NCBI RefSeq assembly: GCF_009914755.1
Contig: NC_060926.1
Source: the human T2T-CHM13v2.0 reference genome, Homo sapiens
Reading direction: 5' to 3' (one strand)
Length of the DNA stretch: 64,000 nt
Under the pieces are notes generated by a model. The model was given only the letters and a program-made list of their open reading frames with translations, had not been told where the DNA came from and made no database searches. Both the position numbers and the translations under genes were made by a program. Below are positions 18,130-38,483 of this stretch, in pieces (the stretch's first letter is position 1; the number at the start of each line of letters is the position of its first letter).

Positions 18130-18784
18130 ATCTTAGTTGAATTTCTAATAAAAATCTCAATGGGACTTTTAAAAAAAGAAATTGATGAAATCGTTTTAAA
18201 GGTCATCTGGAAACAATTGTTATGAAGTATGTGAAAATGAAGAGTAATTATTGGGGACTTGCTTTATTCAATTTTCCAATATAAAATGAAGTTACGATGA
18301 TAAAAACAGCAAATATTGGAGAATTTGCAGGCAGGACAAAGTTACAGACATTTCCTAGAAGAACAGCAAATGGCAAAACATGAGGAAAAAAGCTCAACTT
18401 CATCAGTAATTTTGCAAATTAAATTACTGAAATTTATGTTGAGGGGTCGAAGAAGTTAGCAAAGATTTTGAAAATAAAAAAAGTTAATGCAAATACTATT
18501 AATAACTGACAAATCTTTCAGATAAGCAATTTAACAATAAGTATCAAGGATATTTAACAAGTGCTTAACTAGCCTTTAAATTCCACCTTCTAGACTCTAC
18601 CTAAGAAAGTAATTGCATGTAAAGATTCTTATAAAATGATGCATGCTGCACATTGATAGCAAAATGCTGGAAATAACCTAACTGCCCAAAAGAGGAAGAT
18701 GAATAAATAGAATATGGTATAGCCATAAAACAGAATAATACTCTGAACCTGAAAATGTTGTGTGGAAAAATTAGTATACCCAAC

Positions 18785-19376
<592 letters not shown>

Positions 19377-19482
19377 CCTGCTGTATATAAAACATTATCT
19401 AAACTATGTTAAAAATGGAAAGAAATATCCCAAAGGAAAAACAGTTTCTAAGTTTGTGTGGTAAGATTTTTGATGATTTTTA

Positions 19483-19906
<424 letters not shown>

Positions 19907-20034
19907 TTACATTTTTTTGGAATTTTTGGTGGACTTTTGAAGTCAGATGACTAGTGAAAACTGGAATTTTCTTATCAAAGTTGTTGTAGTCTGTAACAGT
20001 TGTCATAAAAATTTGAAATTTTGATATATAGTGA

Positions 20035-20451
<417 letters not shown>

Positions 20452-21748
20452 TAGTGGAATAAGCCAAGGTTTCCCTAGGCATCTACATAGCTAATTTCCT
20501 CATCTCCTGCCTCAGCTAGTAAACACCATACCTCCAGCCCCCAGCCTCCAGCATGAGTCAGCGCTGTGGGAATTGAGTAGGCCTTTGGCTCTTCTCAGGT
20601 CTGAGGGCAACATTTTAGAAAAAAAGATTAGCCACATTAGGCTGTCTGCTTTTCAGACACTGGAAACCTGGCAAATACCTTCCTTCCACCCGGCTCAAAC
20701 AAAGACCACAACATTTGCCTTTTCTAGACATAACATCATCTTGCTGGGATATGGTATGGAGGGGTGATATGTGGCTTCCTTACCTGTCAGAACCTTCCAT
20801 TTTAGTCGATGACAAAGGATGAGCAAGGTCAGAATAAAAAGAAGGGATTTTGACTGGATCATCAGCACTTGATCATATTTCCTTCTGTGCAGAGATATCC
20901 AATTGCCTTACCCTCTGTGACATAATAGGAAAATGTCACTTACGTGAAATCTTATGTCTTACTTTTCAAGCAGACATACATCCTGCTGTTATAAATTATT
21001 TAAACAGCTACCGAGAAATTCTACTTTTGCAGCATTTGCCAAGAATTTACTTTGACCTTGAACTTGATATGCAGCTATTGTCACAGTGATTTCCCAGGTG
21101 ACCAGAAGCAGCTGGTGTTTCTATGAGCCCAGACTCAGCAGCAGATTTGACAGTCTGCCATTTTGCTGTTGTTTTGACATTTGAGTATCACACAGTATCA
21201 GAGTAGTTGTGTGGAAAGGAAAGAGATGAAAAGTTTTTGATGGTCATGACATACATGAAATGCTGATGAGTCTGTGAGAGGGATGTTTACGGAATGCCCT
21301 GGGTCAACTCACATGAAAGAGATTAGCTGCCTCCTTGTGCAGCGAGACGTGAGATGATCATGGCTTGGTTAGGTTCGTGTGAATGCAGGGACTTCCTTGG
21401 AGACAGGTATGGGAAGGAACATCTACCATTTGATAAGCTGCCACTGGCCTGTGGGGAGTTTCCAATGAGAATAGGAATTTCAAAGCCCCCTTGACTGGCA
21501 TGTGTGCAAACAATTTGAACTGATATAATGGACAGGGTGAAGATCCCAGGTCCTAACTTCTGCTCTGTCATTAACTCATTATTACATCTTAATCATAAAA
21601 TATAGACATTGCAAAAATCATAAATAAATGTCTTACAGAGTGAGTCAGGTAAAATAAATGACTAGAGATGCAGAGGTTGGCAACTACTCAGCTCCAGCCA
21701 TTTGCTGCCATAAAGGATTGTAATTGCAGTGTTTCCAGTTCTTTTGAC

Positions 21749-22230
21749 TGTCAACCTCAAGTAACAACAGACAGAGTGGCTCTCAAAATAAATGAATTTG
21801 TTCCAGAATGAGCAGGGGATCATAATTTAGGATATGCATGCTATGGCGGATCATAGGCATATCCAAAGAGGTTAGGATAAGGGGAAATTTTTAAAGGCAA
21901 AAAGCAGAAGTTCACACAAGCTGTCCTGAAACTAACTTCATTAGTCACAGAGGCTCACTGCAGGAGCTGTTGATTACTCATTGGCAATGCTGATCATTGT
22001 TGGAAAGACGTCTTCATAGAAGCATCTTATCTAGAATTTTTTGTGGTGTCAGAGAGTTCTTGAAATAGTTCTTATCATAGCCATGTGTGAATAAGGACCT
22101 TCAGAGAGTCTTTAAAATAGTTCCAATCTTAAACATACATGCATGAGGTCCCCTCCCTCATGACCTCTTGGCCCTGCTTTGGTCTGGGTCTGACATAAGT
22201 GACTCCATCTTGGCTTCAGCAGCTTTCACA
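21749..22230 (-). mobile_element. ERV1-type solo LTR inserted into a MER103-like DNA element
   Basis: TG...CA termini; caagatggagtcacttatgtcagac on - strand; MER103-like text resumes after it. Confidence 0.6.
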
Positions 22231-22873
22231 AGGCTTTCCAAAAGAAGCTGGGAATTCAGATTTTATATGAGATATTCACTTTTTATAAGTTTTTTTTGGT
22301 GTATTCTTTACTGATATATCAGAATTGTACATATTTTGGGGGTGCATGTGATATTTTGATACACATATACAATGTATAATGAGCAAATCAGGTTAATTGG
22401 GATATCTATCACCTCTGACATTTATCTTTTCTTTGCGTTGGGAATATTACAATTCTTCTCTTCCAGCTATTTTGAAATATACAGTAAATTACTAACTATA
22501 ATATCAAACACTAGAATATATTCCCTCTATCAAACTATTTTTATACCCGTTAACGAACTTCTGTCTATCCTTTCCTTTCACCTTCCCTTTTCAGCCTCTG
22601 GTTACCATCATTGTACTCTTTACTTTCATGAGATCTAGTTTTTTAGCTCCTGCATATGAGTGAGAACATGTGCTCCTTGTCTTTCTGAGCCTGCCAAATT
22701 TCACTTAACATAATGACTTCCAGCTCTATCCATGCTGCTGCAAATGACAGGACATTTTTTTAAAATCCATTTGTCTGTTGATAGGCATTTAGGTTGATTC
22801 CATATTTTGGCTGTTGTGAATAGTGCTGCAATAAACAAGGGAGTGCAGGTTTCTCCTCAATATAATAATCACC

Positions 22874-23316
<443 letters not shown>

Positions 23317-25089
23317 AGTAGTTCTATTTTTAGTGCTTTGAGAAACCTCTGTATGTTTTCTGTGATGGCTCTACTACTTTACATTTCCACTAGCAGTGGA
23401 CCAGTGTTCCCCTTTCTCTGCATCCTTGCTAGCTTTTTTTTTTTTAATAGCCATTCTAAGTGGGGTGAGAGAGTATCTCATTGTGGTTAATTCACATTTC
23501 CCTTGTATACCTGCTGGCCATTTGTATGTCATCTTCTGGGAAATGTCTATTCAGGTCTTTTGCCCATTTTTAAATTAGATTATTTATTTATTTGCTACTG
23601 AGGTGTTTGCTTTCCCTATATATGCTGGTTATTAATCTCTTTTTGGATGGATAATTTGCAAATATTTTTCCCATTCTGTAGGTTGTCTCTTCATTTTTAG
23701 CTTGATGTAATCCTATTTACCTATTTTGGCTTTTGTTGCCTGTGCTTTTGAGGTCTTGCCCAGAAAACTTTGCCCAAACCACTGTTCTGAAGTGTTTCCC
23801 AGTGTTTTCTTCTAGTCATTTCATGGTTTCAGGCCTTACATTTAAGTCTTTAATCCATTTTAATTTGATTTTTGTATATGGTGAAAGATGGGGATGTAGT
23901 GTTACTCTTCTGCGTATGGTTATCCAGTTTCCCCAATGCCATTTATTATAGAGGCTGTCTTTTCCCCAATGCATGTTCCTGGCATCTTTGTTGAAAATGG
24001 GTTGTCTCTAAGTGTGTGAATTTATTTCTCGGTTTTCTGTGCTGTTCCATTGGTCTATGTGTCTGTTTTGATGCCAATATCATGCTGTTTTGTCTACTAT
24101 AGCCTTGTAGTATAATATGAGATCAGGTAGTGTGATGCCTCCAGTTTTGTTCTTTTTGCTCAAGATTGAGATTGCTTTAAGCTATTCGAGGTCTTCTGTA
24201 ATTTTATACAAATTTTGCAATTGTTTTTCTTATTTCGGTGGGGAATGTCATTGGTATTTTGATAGGGATTGCACTGAATCTGTAGATTGCTTTGGGTAGT
24301 ATGGACATTTTAACAATATTGATTCTTCCAACCAGTGGGCATGGAATATCTGTCCATTTTTTGCGTCCATTTCCATTTCATTCATCAGTGTTTTGTAGTT
24401 TTCCTTGTAGAGATATTTCACTTCTTGGTTAAATTGATTTCTAGGTATTTTATTTTCATTGTAGCTATTGTAGATGGGATTGATTTCTTTTTCAGGTTGA
24501 TCACTATTGGCATATATAAATGCTACTGAATTTTGTATGTTAATTTTGTATCCTGCAATTTTACTGAATTTATTATCAGTTGTAAGAGTTTTTTGGTAGA
24601 GCTATTAGGATTTTTGAAACATAAGATCATGTCATCTGCAAACAAAGATAATTTGACTTTTTCCTTGCCAACTTAGATGCCTTTTTTAAAAAAAAAACTT
24701 CTCTTGCCTAATTGCTCTTGTTAGGACTTTAATACTGTTTTGAATAAAAGATAAAAGTGGTGATAGAGGTCATCCTTGTCTTGTTCCAGATTTTAGTGGA
24801 AGGCTTTCAATTTTTCCCCATTCAGTATGTTAGCTGTGGGTTTGTCATACATGGCTTTCATCATGCTGAGCTATGCTCCTTACATACCCAATTTGTTGAG
24901 GGTTTTTTATCGTGAAAGGATGTTGAATTTTATTGAATGCTTTTTCAGCATCTATTGAAAAGATCATGTGGGTTTTGTCTTTGAATCTGTTAATGTGATG
25001 TATCATGTTTATTGATTTGCATATGTTGAACCATCCTTGCATCTCTGGGATGAATCTCACTTAATCATGGTAAATGATCTTTTTAGTGT

Positions 25090-25499
25090 TGATATATTTT
25101 GTATATCTGTCCCTGAACAAATCTCATGTTGAATTGTAATCCCTAATGCTAAAGATGGGGCCTGGTGGGAGGTGTTTGGATCATGGGGGTGGATCCCTCA
25201 TGGTTTCATACTGTCTTTGCAATAGTGAGTTCTTGTGAGATCTTGTCATTTAAAGGTTTGTGGCATCTCCTCCACCACTTTCTCTCTCCCATTGCTCCTG
25301 TTCCCACCATGTGAAACACCTGCTTCCACATCACCTTCTGCCTTGAGTTAAAGCTCCCTGAGGCCTCCCCAGGAGCTGAGCAGATGCCAGCACCATGTTT
25401 GCACAGCCTGCAGAACTGTCAGCCAATTAAATATCATTTATTTATAAATTACGCAGCCTCCAATATTTCTTTATAGCAATGCAGGAATGGCTTAATACA
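25090..25499 (+). mobile_element. MST (MaLR) solo LTR inside L1
   Basis: tgatata...caaatctcatgttgaattgtaatccc...aatggcttaataca. Confidence 0.85.
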
Positions 25500-27284
25500 A
25501 AAGCATTATTGAATTCTGTTTGCTAGTATTTCATTTAGGATTTTTGCATCTATGTTCATCAAGGATATTGGTCTGTAGTTTTCTTTTTTTTGCGTCTTTG
25601 CTTGGTTTTGGTATAAGGGTAATGCTGGCCTCATAGAATGAATTTGAAAGTATTCCTGCCTCTTTGATATTTTGAAATCATTTGAGTAGAATTGGTATTA
25701 GTTCTTTTATAAGTGTTTGGTAGAATTCAACAGGGAATCCATCAGGTCTTTTCTTTGATTGAGATTCTTTATTACTGCTTCCCTTTACTTGTTATCGTTA
25801 TTGTTATTACTGCTTCCCTTTACTTGCTATTGTTATGTTTAGGTTTTCAGTTTCTTCATGGTTCAATCTTGGTAGGTTGTATTTGCCTAGAAATGTATCT
25901 ACTTCCTGTAGGTTTTCCAATTTGTTGGAGCATAGTTGCTCATAGTATTTCTAATGATTATTTGTACTTCTGTGATACCAGTTGTAATGTTTCCTTTTTC
26001 ATCGCTGATTTTTAAAATGTGGGCTTCTTTTTTCCTTGGTGTAGCTTACGGTTTGTTGATTTTGTTTAGGACTGTTAGAACTCAGAAAGCTTATCACTCA
26101 CAAGCTTTGGAAAGATTTCTTAAGGATATATTGTAGCAAGTGAAAATTGAATCAGAGAAAGCATAAGGCCTAAGATATAAGAAACTGATAGGTAAATGAG
26201 CCTTTAAAGGGTAGAATTATCTTATTAATCTTTGATATATAATATAGAAGAAAATTTATAGTAACTTTTCTGGAGCTAAATTTCCATAGCTTATAATATA
26301 AAATACTGTTGAAATAGTAAAGTGATAAAGTGATAAATTTCCTTTATTTGCTAAGGAAATGTATAGATATTGATTCATTTAATATAATTATAGAAGAATA
26401 CAGATTTAGATAAGTCTGTTAAAAATGTAAAGGATAGTACTAGAAAAAGAGAAATAGAATGCATGTCTTCTGAACCACTAGAGATAAAAATTGATACCAC
26501 CACAAACAAAATACTTGCTGATAAACAGAAAATATAAAATAACCAAAAAGGAATAGATGTAAACATATAAACATTACCCTTATTATGAATGGATTAGTTT
26601 CATAGAGGTACTTGGATTGGGGTTTTTGTGTGGGGTACTATAATTTTGCTAAATGTTGGCTGCAATAGCAGCATTAGTATACACAAAATGACAATGGAAG
26701 AAAAGGAAATCTTGTGCCAGTCCTTCTAGTTCAATATAGCAGACTGAACATATGCTTTATTTCCATTCCCTCTCAAAACCCCACTACAGAGAAGGAAAAA
26801 GGAAGCATGGCTCCAGAAGAACAAAGAAGACACAATGGCAATAAATTTTTGAAGCTAGAAATTAGACACAAAAGTGGTAACTCACTTGGCAGCTCATGGA
26901 AAGCACACATAGGAAGCAAGATTGAAAGCCTGGATAGTGTCCTTGAAATAGCTAATTCATCATGCAGAACCTGAGATTTTGGAAACATCAGGTGATGATC
27001 AATGTGCAGATATGGGAAGGTCCAAAACAAGGAGAATTGGTTGAAGCAGTTAGATCTCTAGATGCCCTCTTCACCCCACATAGACAATCAACTACCTGAG
27101 CATTAATATAAAACAGGAGATTTATTTTCCGGAGGGGATGAAGCAAAGGGACTCTGAACTGGGAACACCAAGTTGAAAGTGTGAATCCTATACTGAAAAC
27201 AGGATTAAGTGATGAAGTGATGCTCTTCCTGCTAATGATGAAAATGCTAGAACCAGTTTTGGCCAAACAGGTTTATAATCCTCT

Positions 27285-27570
27285 TTTTTTTTTTTCAGAT
27301 GGAGTCTCGCTCTGTCACCCAGGCTGGAGTGCAGTGGTGCGATCTTGGCTTACTGCTCCGCCTCCCGGGTTCGCGCCATTCTCCTGCCTCAGCCTCTGAA
27401 GTAGCTGGGACTACAAGTGCCCACCACAATGCCTGGCTAACTTTTGTATTTTTAGTAGAGATGGGGTTTCACCATGTTAGCCAGGACGGTCTCGATCTCC
27501 TGACCTCGTGATCTGCCCGCCTCAGCCTCCCAAAGTGCTGGGACTACAGGCGTGAGCCACCGCGCCCGGC
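27285..27570 (-). mobile_element. AluY-like SINE
   Basis: TSD aggtttataatcct on both sides. Confidence 0.94.
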
Positions 27571-28149
27571 CTAGGTTTATAATCCTTAGTGATTCTCTCT
27601 GATTTCTGGGACACTGACCAGCCCAATAAGAAAGATCTATAGATACTGTCAGTGGATAGCTCCCTAAGTTAATGCCCACTCTGGTCTGGTCACTCAACAA
27701 TGAAGCCCAGTAATAGAAAGGTGTTCTATTTCTTGCATACATACGTGTATACACATTTGCACATTCACTTAGTTTAATGTCAACTAGTAGTGCCTCACTT
27801 TGAGTATGGATGGGTAGTAAATCATTAACAAATTGAGGAAATCATCTAACATAACAGACAAAGGCCAAAACAAACAGAAAAAAGTACTTGTAGGAAACAG
27901 AGATAATGTAAGAAGAAAATTCAAACAAGTAACTATAATTAGTATTCCTGGAAACTATGTGAAGATTAGTGTTAATGAAACAAAAACAGAATGCACATAA
28001 AAAGAGAACCTTTAGAGAAATAAGGAGCCTCTAGAAATTAAAAATAAGGTGGCAGAAATGTATGGGTCACATTTTCTGAAGATAGTTAATATATGCAAGA
28101 GGAGAGATCTCTTATTTCCATCCCTAAGAGACTGACCAAATATGTCACT

Positions 28150-28194
28150 GAAAGTAATCGCAAAAACCAAAATTACTTTTGCACCGAACTAATA
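28150..28194. mobile_element. Partial MADE1 (mariner MITE)
   Basis: gcaaaaaccaaaattacttttgcaccgaactaata resembles the MADE1 terminal repeat. Confidence 0.7.
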
Positions 28195-28864
28195 GAAATT
28201 TAAAAACAGCCATGTATTAATAAGGAAATTAAAATAATTAAAAATGAATGGAAAATCTCTGAGATCCACTATAACCATCTTCAGAAGAAAATTTAATATT
28301 TGAAGTGAATTTATTTAATGCATTTACCAAATTTGTTTTATTTTTCTTCCTGGCTTGTGGATAAACTACACTACCTGCAGATAGTTGGGACCATGTGACT
28401 AAATTCTGTCCAATGGAATGTGGGCAGAAGTAACTATGCTACTTCCAGGCCTGACCTCTGAAATGCCCATTCTCTAGAAGTTCTGCTTTCAGTCTCAGAT
28501 TTTCTCCCCCATTGGCTGGTCAAATAAAGGGACTCAATCTAGGTGCATCACAAATCTCCAGTAAACATTACCCATGCTTTTCTGCTACTGCCGAGCCTGT
28601 TCTCTCTTTCCAAGGGTGAAGGGAAGGTATCATTTATCCCTAGTTATCCAGTGTTTTAAAATCCAGGCTGATGGGATACCTAAGAGCTTACTTAGCATGA
28701 ATCAAACAACATATTTGAAGTTCTTAACTCAGTGATACAATAGTTTGGAAAAGTTCCTTTACTACAAGCCTGACACCTGTGTATGTTCGGGGTGGGGTGA
28801 GAGAGGGAGAGAGAGAGATAGAGAGCACAAAAGAGAGAGAGACACTATTTGAGAGGTTGAAAAA

Positions 28865-29230
28865 ATGCATTCATTTATTTGTTTGTTCATTCATGTATAT
28901 ATTCAGCAAATACTTTTTAAGCATCTATCTATCTAATGCACTATCCTGGGCACTGGAAACGACAAAGTAAATACATAAAATAATCAAAACATAGATTGTG
29001 GTTTGTTCGTGATTAGTATTAGAAAGAAACCACCAAGGACAATCTTCTTTAGGAAGAATATCAGGGAGACCTCTCTATGTCACAAAGGAGTAGAACTTGA
29101 GAGTCCCACAAAAAATTCAGCCAGCTTATAAAAGGCCTTGCAGACCACATGGTGAAATTTGGCTTTTATTTTAAGTTTTTAAGCCTTAAAAAGATCCTTT
29201 GGGCTATTCAGTGAAGAATGGATTAAGTGA
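28865..29230 (-). mobile_element. L2 3' fragment
   Basis: cattcattt...ttcagcaaatactttttaagcatct. Confidence 0.55.
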
Positions 29231-30702
29231 TAATAAGTAACTGGTAATAAATCCTGGTGAGGAGACCAGGTGATTTATGAGAAAATATTTTTAAAATTCA
29301 TTAAATATTGCAATGTCATTTAAGGAATTCTTCCTATCCATGGTCTTTTGGTAAAATAATTTTCAATCCCCAGCTTGACAACAATGATCTTGTTACGATC
29401 TGTCTGCAAAAGTCCTGCTTTCTGGGTGACTGCATTGTTTGTGGTGGAGAAAAACATTTTATTTTTAAGAAATATTATTTAAACATGTCTGATTATTTTA
29501 AATGGCAAGACATCCTTGGATTTATCTGATGATCAATTGTCTAACTAAAGTTTGTGATTGAACTTCTGGGGTGGTGGATAAATCTTATTTCAAAGAGAAG
29601 AGACAAACTATTACTTTTTGTTCTCTTACTGGTTTATACTAGAGACTGTTCCAAATGAACTGTGGTATTTTGACTACTGCCATTATAGTAGAACAAACAG
29701 CATTCTTTATTCCTTATGCTATTAGGGTGTGTTTGGTAAAGGAAGAAATGAATAGCAGTTTTCTCTGAATATATTTAAAAAATACATAGAAGGTACTCTG
29801 CCAATAGAATGAGCACTAAAATGCCTACTCATTTAGTTGTTCAACAAATGGCTGGTGTCATTATAAATGAGCCTATGTCTGGGACTTCTTTAAGTATGAA
29901 TAATGCAAATGATGAGACTATTTGACTCTGGATTAAATCTCTGTGAAGTCATTGGCATGTGTTGCATGCAGTCTAGCTGGGTTGGAGGTCCTGAAATAGG
30001 GTTCCCATGCCTCTTTCCACTCTCAACTCCTCTGCCATGATGAATGGAGATGGGAGCTCTTATTCAGAGCAATAATTCATGCTGTGGCAGAAACAAGCCA
30101 GCCTATGGAAATGGTTTCACAGGGCAAAGGAGTCATCTGACCGTGGGGCCATTACACAAATTGATGGAGAGCTGAGTTCTTTTCCTGAACTAGCCATAAT
30201 GACAACCTGATGAAAATGGGTTGAATTTTGATTCACCTTTGGTTTTCCCTTTTCATGAGATTTATATTAGATTTAGTTCACTGGTTTTTATATTGAACTT
30301 GGTTAGTGAGTATAAAAACATATAGGTTAAAGTTAACAAACAAAATATACAGACTTCATTTGCATTTGCGATTTTGCTAAAATTTTTTTCCATCAAATAT
30401 TTTACAGTTTATTCTCGTTTGGGTTCAATTAAAATTCTTGGTCTCTGGAAATGCTTATAAATTAAGAAAATGGCCATCTGGTTTTCTTTTTTTTTTTTCT
30501 TCTTTTTTTTTTTTTAGATAGCCATTCATCTGCCTAATGGAAGTGTTGAGGTCATCTCTAGCTCTAAGGTTTTGTGATTCAAACAGGAAAATACGTTATT
30601 CTTGTTTAAAGACCTGGCCACCATCTGTGATTTTTGGTATGCTGCCACATAGAGAATAGCAGTGTATCAGAAGGTGGTCTTAAAAAAGGATCAGCGGAAT
30701 GA

Positions 30703-31010
<308 letters not shown>

Positions 31011-31335
31011 TAATAAATTTTTTAAAATTAGAGTTTCTGTGTTTGTATAGCCATTACCATTTTTTTCCGACTATTTTGATCTAAGTAGTTAATCAAATTA
31101 TGTTTTTGGAATTGAGTTTTTGGGTCCTCTATTCTTCCTAACAGATTTTCTTAGCATACGGCATTTTGATATTAAAATCCTGCTTCTTTTGTGTATCTCA
31201 TATCTTTTCTATGCCTTGCCTTTTTACATCTAAAAGCAATGGTTTAGAGATATTGGACAGTGATGATGTGACACAGAAACTAGAAATCTTGCTAGGCTAT
31301 TATTTATTACCTTTTTTTCTTTAATGCAGAGGGCA

Positions 31336-31617
<282 letters not shown>

Positions 31618-31794
31618 GCAGAGGGCAAATAAGTATTGGGAAACATATAGCTATAATTGTAAATGCAAATCGATCACAGATACCAACCTTTTTTTTGAAA
31701 AAAGAAAATAAACATGTTGTTTTCTAACCATCAAGAATAGCTCTGTTATACATTATTGGAAATATGCTTCTATTATTTTTTTCTATCACTCTTC

Positions 31795-32629
31795 TGAGTG
31801 GAAAAAACTCAAAACTATGCTTTTTTTTTCTATTCACTCACTCAAATAACAATCAATACAGAAGGCTTCTGTGACCAAATGCGTGGGTTTTTTTCTCCCA
31901 CACACTAAGCAAGCAACTGGTTCTGTAGTGGACACCAGCTGGATGGCACTATTTACTTGGAGATAGCATCAGGTCCTATAGGTTGAGGGCTCAGTCTTGA
32001 AGACTGTTCCCCAAGTTTCAATACCAACTGCAGGCCCTTGGTTGTTTTACCTGTGCTTCTGACTGACCAGCTATAAATTGGGGTTCCCATGATCACCTTC
32101 TGGGATTCAATTAATTTGCTAGAGCACCTCATAGAACTCAGGGAAACACTTACTTTGGTTTACTGGTTTATTATAAAGGATGTTACAAAGGATACAGGTG
32201 AAGAGATGCATAGGGTAAGGTATGAAGGAAGGGGCACGAAGCTTCCATGCCCTTCCCAGGCATGCCACTCTCCAAGAACCTCCAGGTGTTGGGCTATCCA
32301 GAAGCTCCTTGAACCCAGTCTTTTTGTGCTTTTAGGGATCCCTCATTACATGGGCATGATTGATTAAATCATTGCCATTGGTGATCAACTTAACTTTCAG
32401 CCTCTCTCCCCTTCCCAGAATTCAAGGGGGGGCACGTTGAAAACCCTAACTCTCTAATCCTGCTTTGGTTTTTCTGTTGACCAACCCCCATCTTGAAGCT
32501 ACCTTAGGGCTCCAGCCATCAGTCTATCATTAGCAACAAAAATACGTCAATTTAGAGAATCTAAGAATTTTAGGAATTGTATGCCAGGAAACAAGGTCAA
32601 AGACCACATATATATTTCACAAAATCACA
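31795..32629 (-). mobile_element. MER21-family LTR
   Basis: - strand begins tgtgattttgtgaaatatatatgtggtctttgaccttgtttcctggcatac. Confidence 0.8.
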
Positions 32630-32721
32630 CACTACATTTTCTATCTGTTCTTAGGTTTATGTGACTATTGTGTGTTTATAGGTTATTACTTAGGTTTATC
32701 CAAAGAAACAGAACAAAAGGA

Positions 32722-32956
32722 TGTGTGTGTGTGTGTGTGTGCATGCACGTGTGTGTGTGTATATATATATATATGGAGGACGAACAAGAGATGTATAAAC
32801 ATACACACATGTTTATATACATATACATATATATATATTTATGTATGCATACCCACACATATATATATATAAAGAGAGAACCTACAGGAGCTGTAGATAC
32901 ACACACACAAACACACACACACACACACATACACACACACATATATACATATATAT
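32722..32956. repeat. Compound (TG)n/(TA)n/(CA)n microsatellite
   Basis: Direct inspection; further block at 33138-33215. Confidence 0.92.
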
Positions 32957-33219
32957 ACTCATTCACTACCACAAGAACAGCAAGGGGAAATCTGCCCCCG
33001 TGATTCAATCACCCCCCACCAGGCACCTCCTCCAGTTCAATATGGGATTTGGGTAGGGACACAAGTTCTAAACATATCAACAGGACTTCTCAGCCTCCAT
33101 AATTATGTAAAGCAACTCCTCATAATAAATCTCTCTCTGTATGTATATATACATATATGTGTGTGTGTGTGTGTGTGTGTTTGTGTATATATACTGTATG
33201 TATATATACATACAGATAT

Positions 33220-35838
<2,619 letters not shown>

Positions 35839-35918
35839 CCTGTGATCTACCTTTTGCAGACTGAAGACCTAGATTAGTCCAAAGGCCTAAGAACCAGGGG
35901 CACAATGGTGTAAATCTC

Positions 35919-36670
35919 TGTTACCAGACCAAACTGGGATCTGCTCACCCTGTGCCATAGGCCAAACATCTATATGAAAGTTTGCAGAGGGAGAAAGGAG
36001 GGGCCCAAGCATGAAGAATTGGGCAGCTTACGCTTGAGACATGACCCCTCTGATGGCTTGTGAGTGTTATTTAAAGGTGGGGGTAAATTTTAGGAAAGTT
36101 GAAGTTATAGTAAAAATTGTAAATCAATACATGGAGATTACACATCGATTTGGCCCCAAAAGGTTGGATATCTTAAGGCAGGGGATTATAGGTCATAGGT
36201 ATATTCAAAGACTTTCTGATTTGCAATTAGTGAAGGAAGAGAATCTCTGTTTAAAAATGTGGGGTTAGCAGAAAAGAATGTTAGCTCTGGCTCATGGGCA
36301 TGATTTCCTCCAGACCCCTCAGGAAGAACTTTACAATAAAGAACTGCAGAGTTCATTCCTCAGTTTTCCCTTATCTGAGGTCTACATGCCAGCATGTTTA
36401 TTTGATGGGGATCCAGGTTTCTGAAAACAGCTCAGGCACATAGGTTAAGATGTTGTCTTTAGTTTCTATAGGGAACACCAAACATCCTTTAACTCTAACT
36501 TCCTTGGCTATTGTTTTAAGCTACCATTCCTTCTTACTTTTTGAGTTGCTCATTTACTTCTCAGGGCTAGCTAGGTGCCTGGAATTTCCCCTGAAGGAAC
36601 CAAATATTTTCTTTTATTTTCATCGTATGGGGTGCCCACAGGCCTCTCAGAGGGTCTCTGCTTTGTCTCA
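35919..36670 (-). mobile_element. ERV1-type solo LTR
   Basis: TG...CA termini interrupting continuous MLT2 sequence; subfamily not assigned. Confidence 0.65.
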
Positions 36671-36888
36671 AGTCCAAGAACAGGCAAAGACTGATGTCCC
36701 AGTTCATGCAGACAGGAAGAAAGCAAAGGACAAATTCCCCCTTCCTTTGCCATTTTTTTCTATTCAGTCCCTCGATTGGATGATGCCCACACACATTTGA
36801 GAAGGCCATCTGCTTTACTCAGCCCACCAATTCAAATGCCAATCTCATCTGGAAAAAACCTCAGTGACACATTCAAAAATAATGTTTA

Positions 36889-37235
<347 letters not shown>

Positions 37236-37755
37236 GGTTAACTGTTACAACAGGTTTTCCATACAAGGGTTAAGACATTAAGGGTAGTGTTCTCCCCTGG
37301 ACAAAGATTGGCCACTGACCTTTTGCGTCCGATCTCAGATTTGTTCAAGATCTTGTCATTTACAAGGTCATGCTACCATCACTGCAATCTAATTCCAAAA
37401 TATTTTCATCGCCCCCAAAAGAAACTCCTTACCCTTCCACAGTCACTCCTCATGCCTGCCCCCACCCAACACCTGCAACCATTAATCTACTTTTATCTCT
37501 ATGGATTTTCCTGTTTTGATATCTCATATAAGTAGAATCATAAAGCACGTGGTCTTTTGTGTCACTTAGCATAATGTGTGATAAAGCAAATATGGAAACT
37601 GTTTATTGTAGAACCTAGGCAGGAGCATATGGGTGGTTCATTCTCAAATTATTTTTGTATATCAAGTTCTACCTTTCTATCAAATGGGAACCATATCAAG
37701 TTCATGAAACCCTTCTTGACACCTACATCACCTTGGTCTTTTCCTCCTCCGAATT

Positions 37756-38070
37756 CTTTTTCTTTTTCTAGAGACAGGGTCTTGCACTGTTGTCCAGGCT
37801 GTAGTGCAGTGGCCCCATCATAACTCACTGTAGCCTCAACCTCCTGGGTTTAAGTGACCCTCTTGCTTCAGTTTACCAAGTAGCTAGGACGATAGGGATG
37901 CATCACCACCACACCTGGCTAATTAAAATTTTATTTATTTATTTATTTATTAGAGACAAGGTCTCACTATGTTGTCCAGGTTGGTCTCAAACTCCTAGTC
38001 TCAAGTGATTCCCACACCTTAGCCTCCCAAAGAGCTGAAATTTACAGGCAGAAGCCATCATGCACAGCCA
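37756..38070 (-). mobile_element. AluJ SINE
   Basis: Diverged dimer, (TTTA)n linker. Confidence 0.85.
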
Positions 38071-38483
38071 TCCTCTGAATTCTTTTAATAAAAGTATAAG
38101 TAATCACAAATTTTAATAGTTGATTATAGACTGTCATGCATTTTCTGGAATCACGTAAATAGCATTTATCTCCTTGACTAAGATACAAACTTCTTAAGAG
38201 CAAAGACTAGTCTCATTGCTTTATTTCCTCTCTCCTTATGCCCCTTCCTCATCACTCAGAGAATTCATGAGAGTATTGTTGCCTAGTGATAATGTTTGTT
38301 GGTGCAACTAAGCTTCAAGACACAGGTAATAACTGTGACTTCTTCATCATTTTTCTCCCAAATTTTTAATTGGCATTTCAAGGATGGCCTAGCCTTAGAG
38401 TACTAGACTAATCTGTTTCCTGGGCAGATTCCAGTTTCCATTCCATAGGCCTGGACATCACTGTTTACAGCTGAATAGAATCA

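Noticed and set aside
32668-33056. ORFs rich in CV/HT/YI
   Set aside because: Translations of dinucleotide microsatellites
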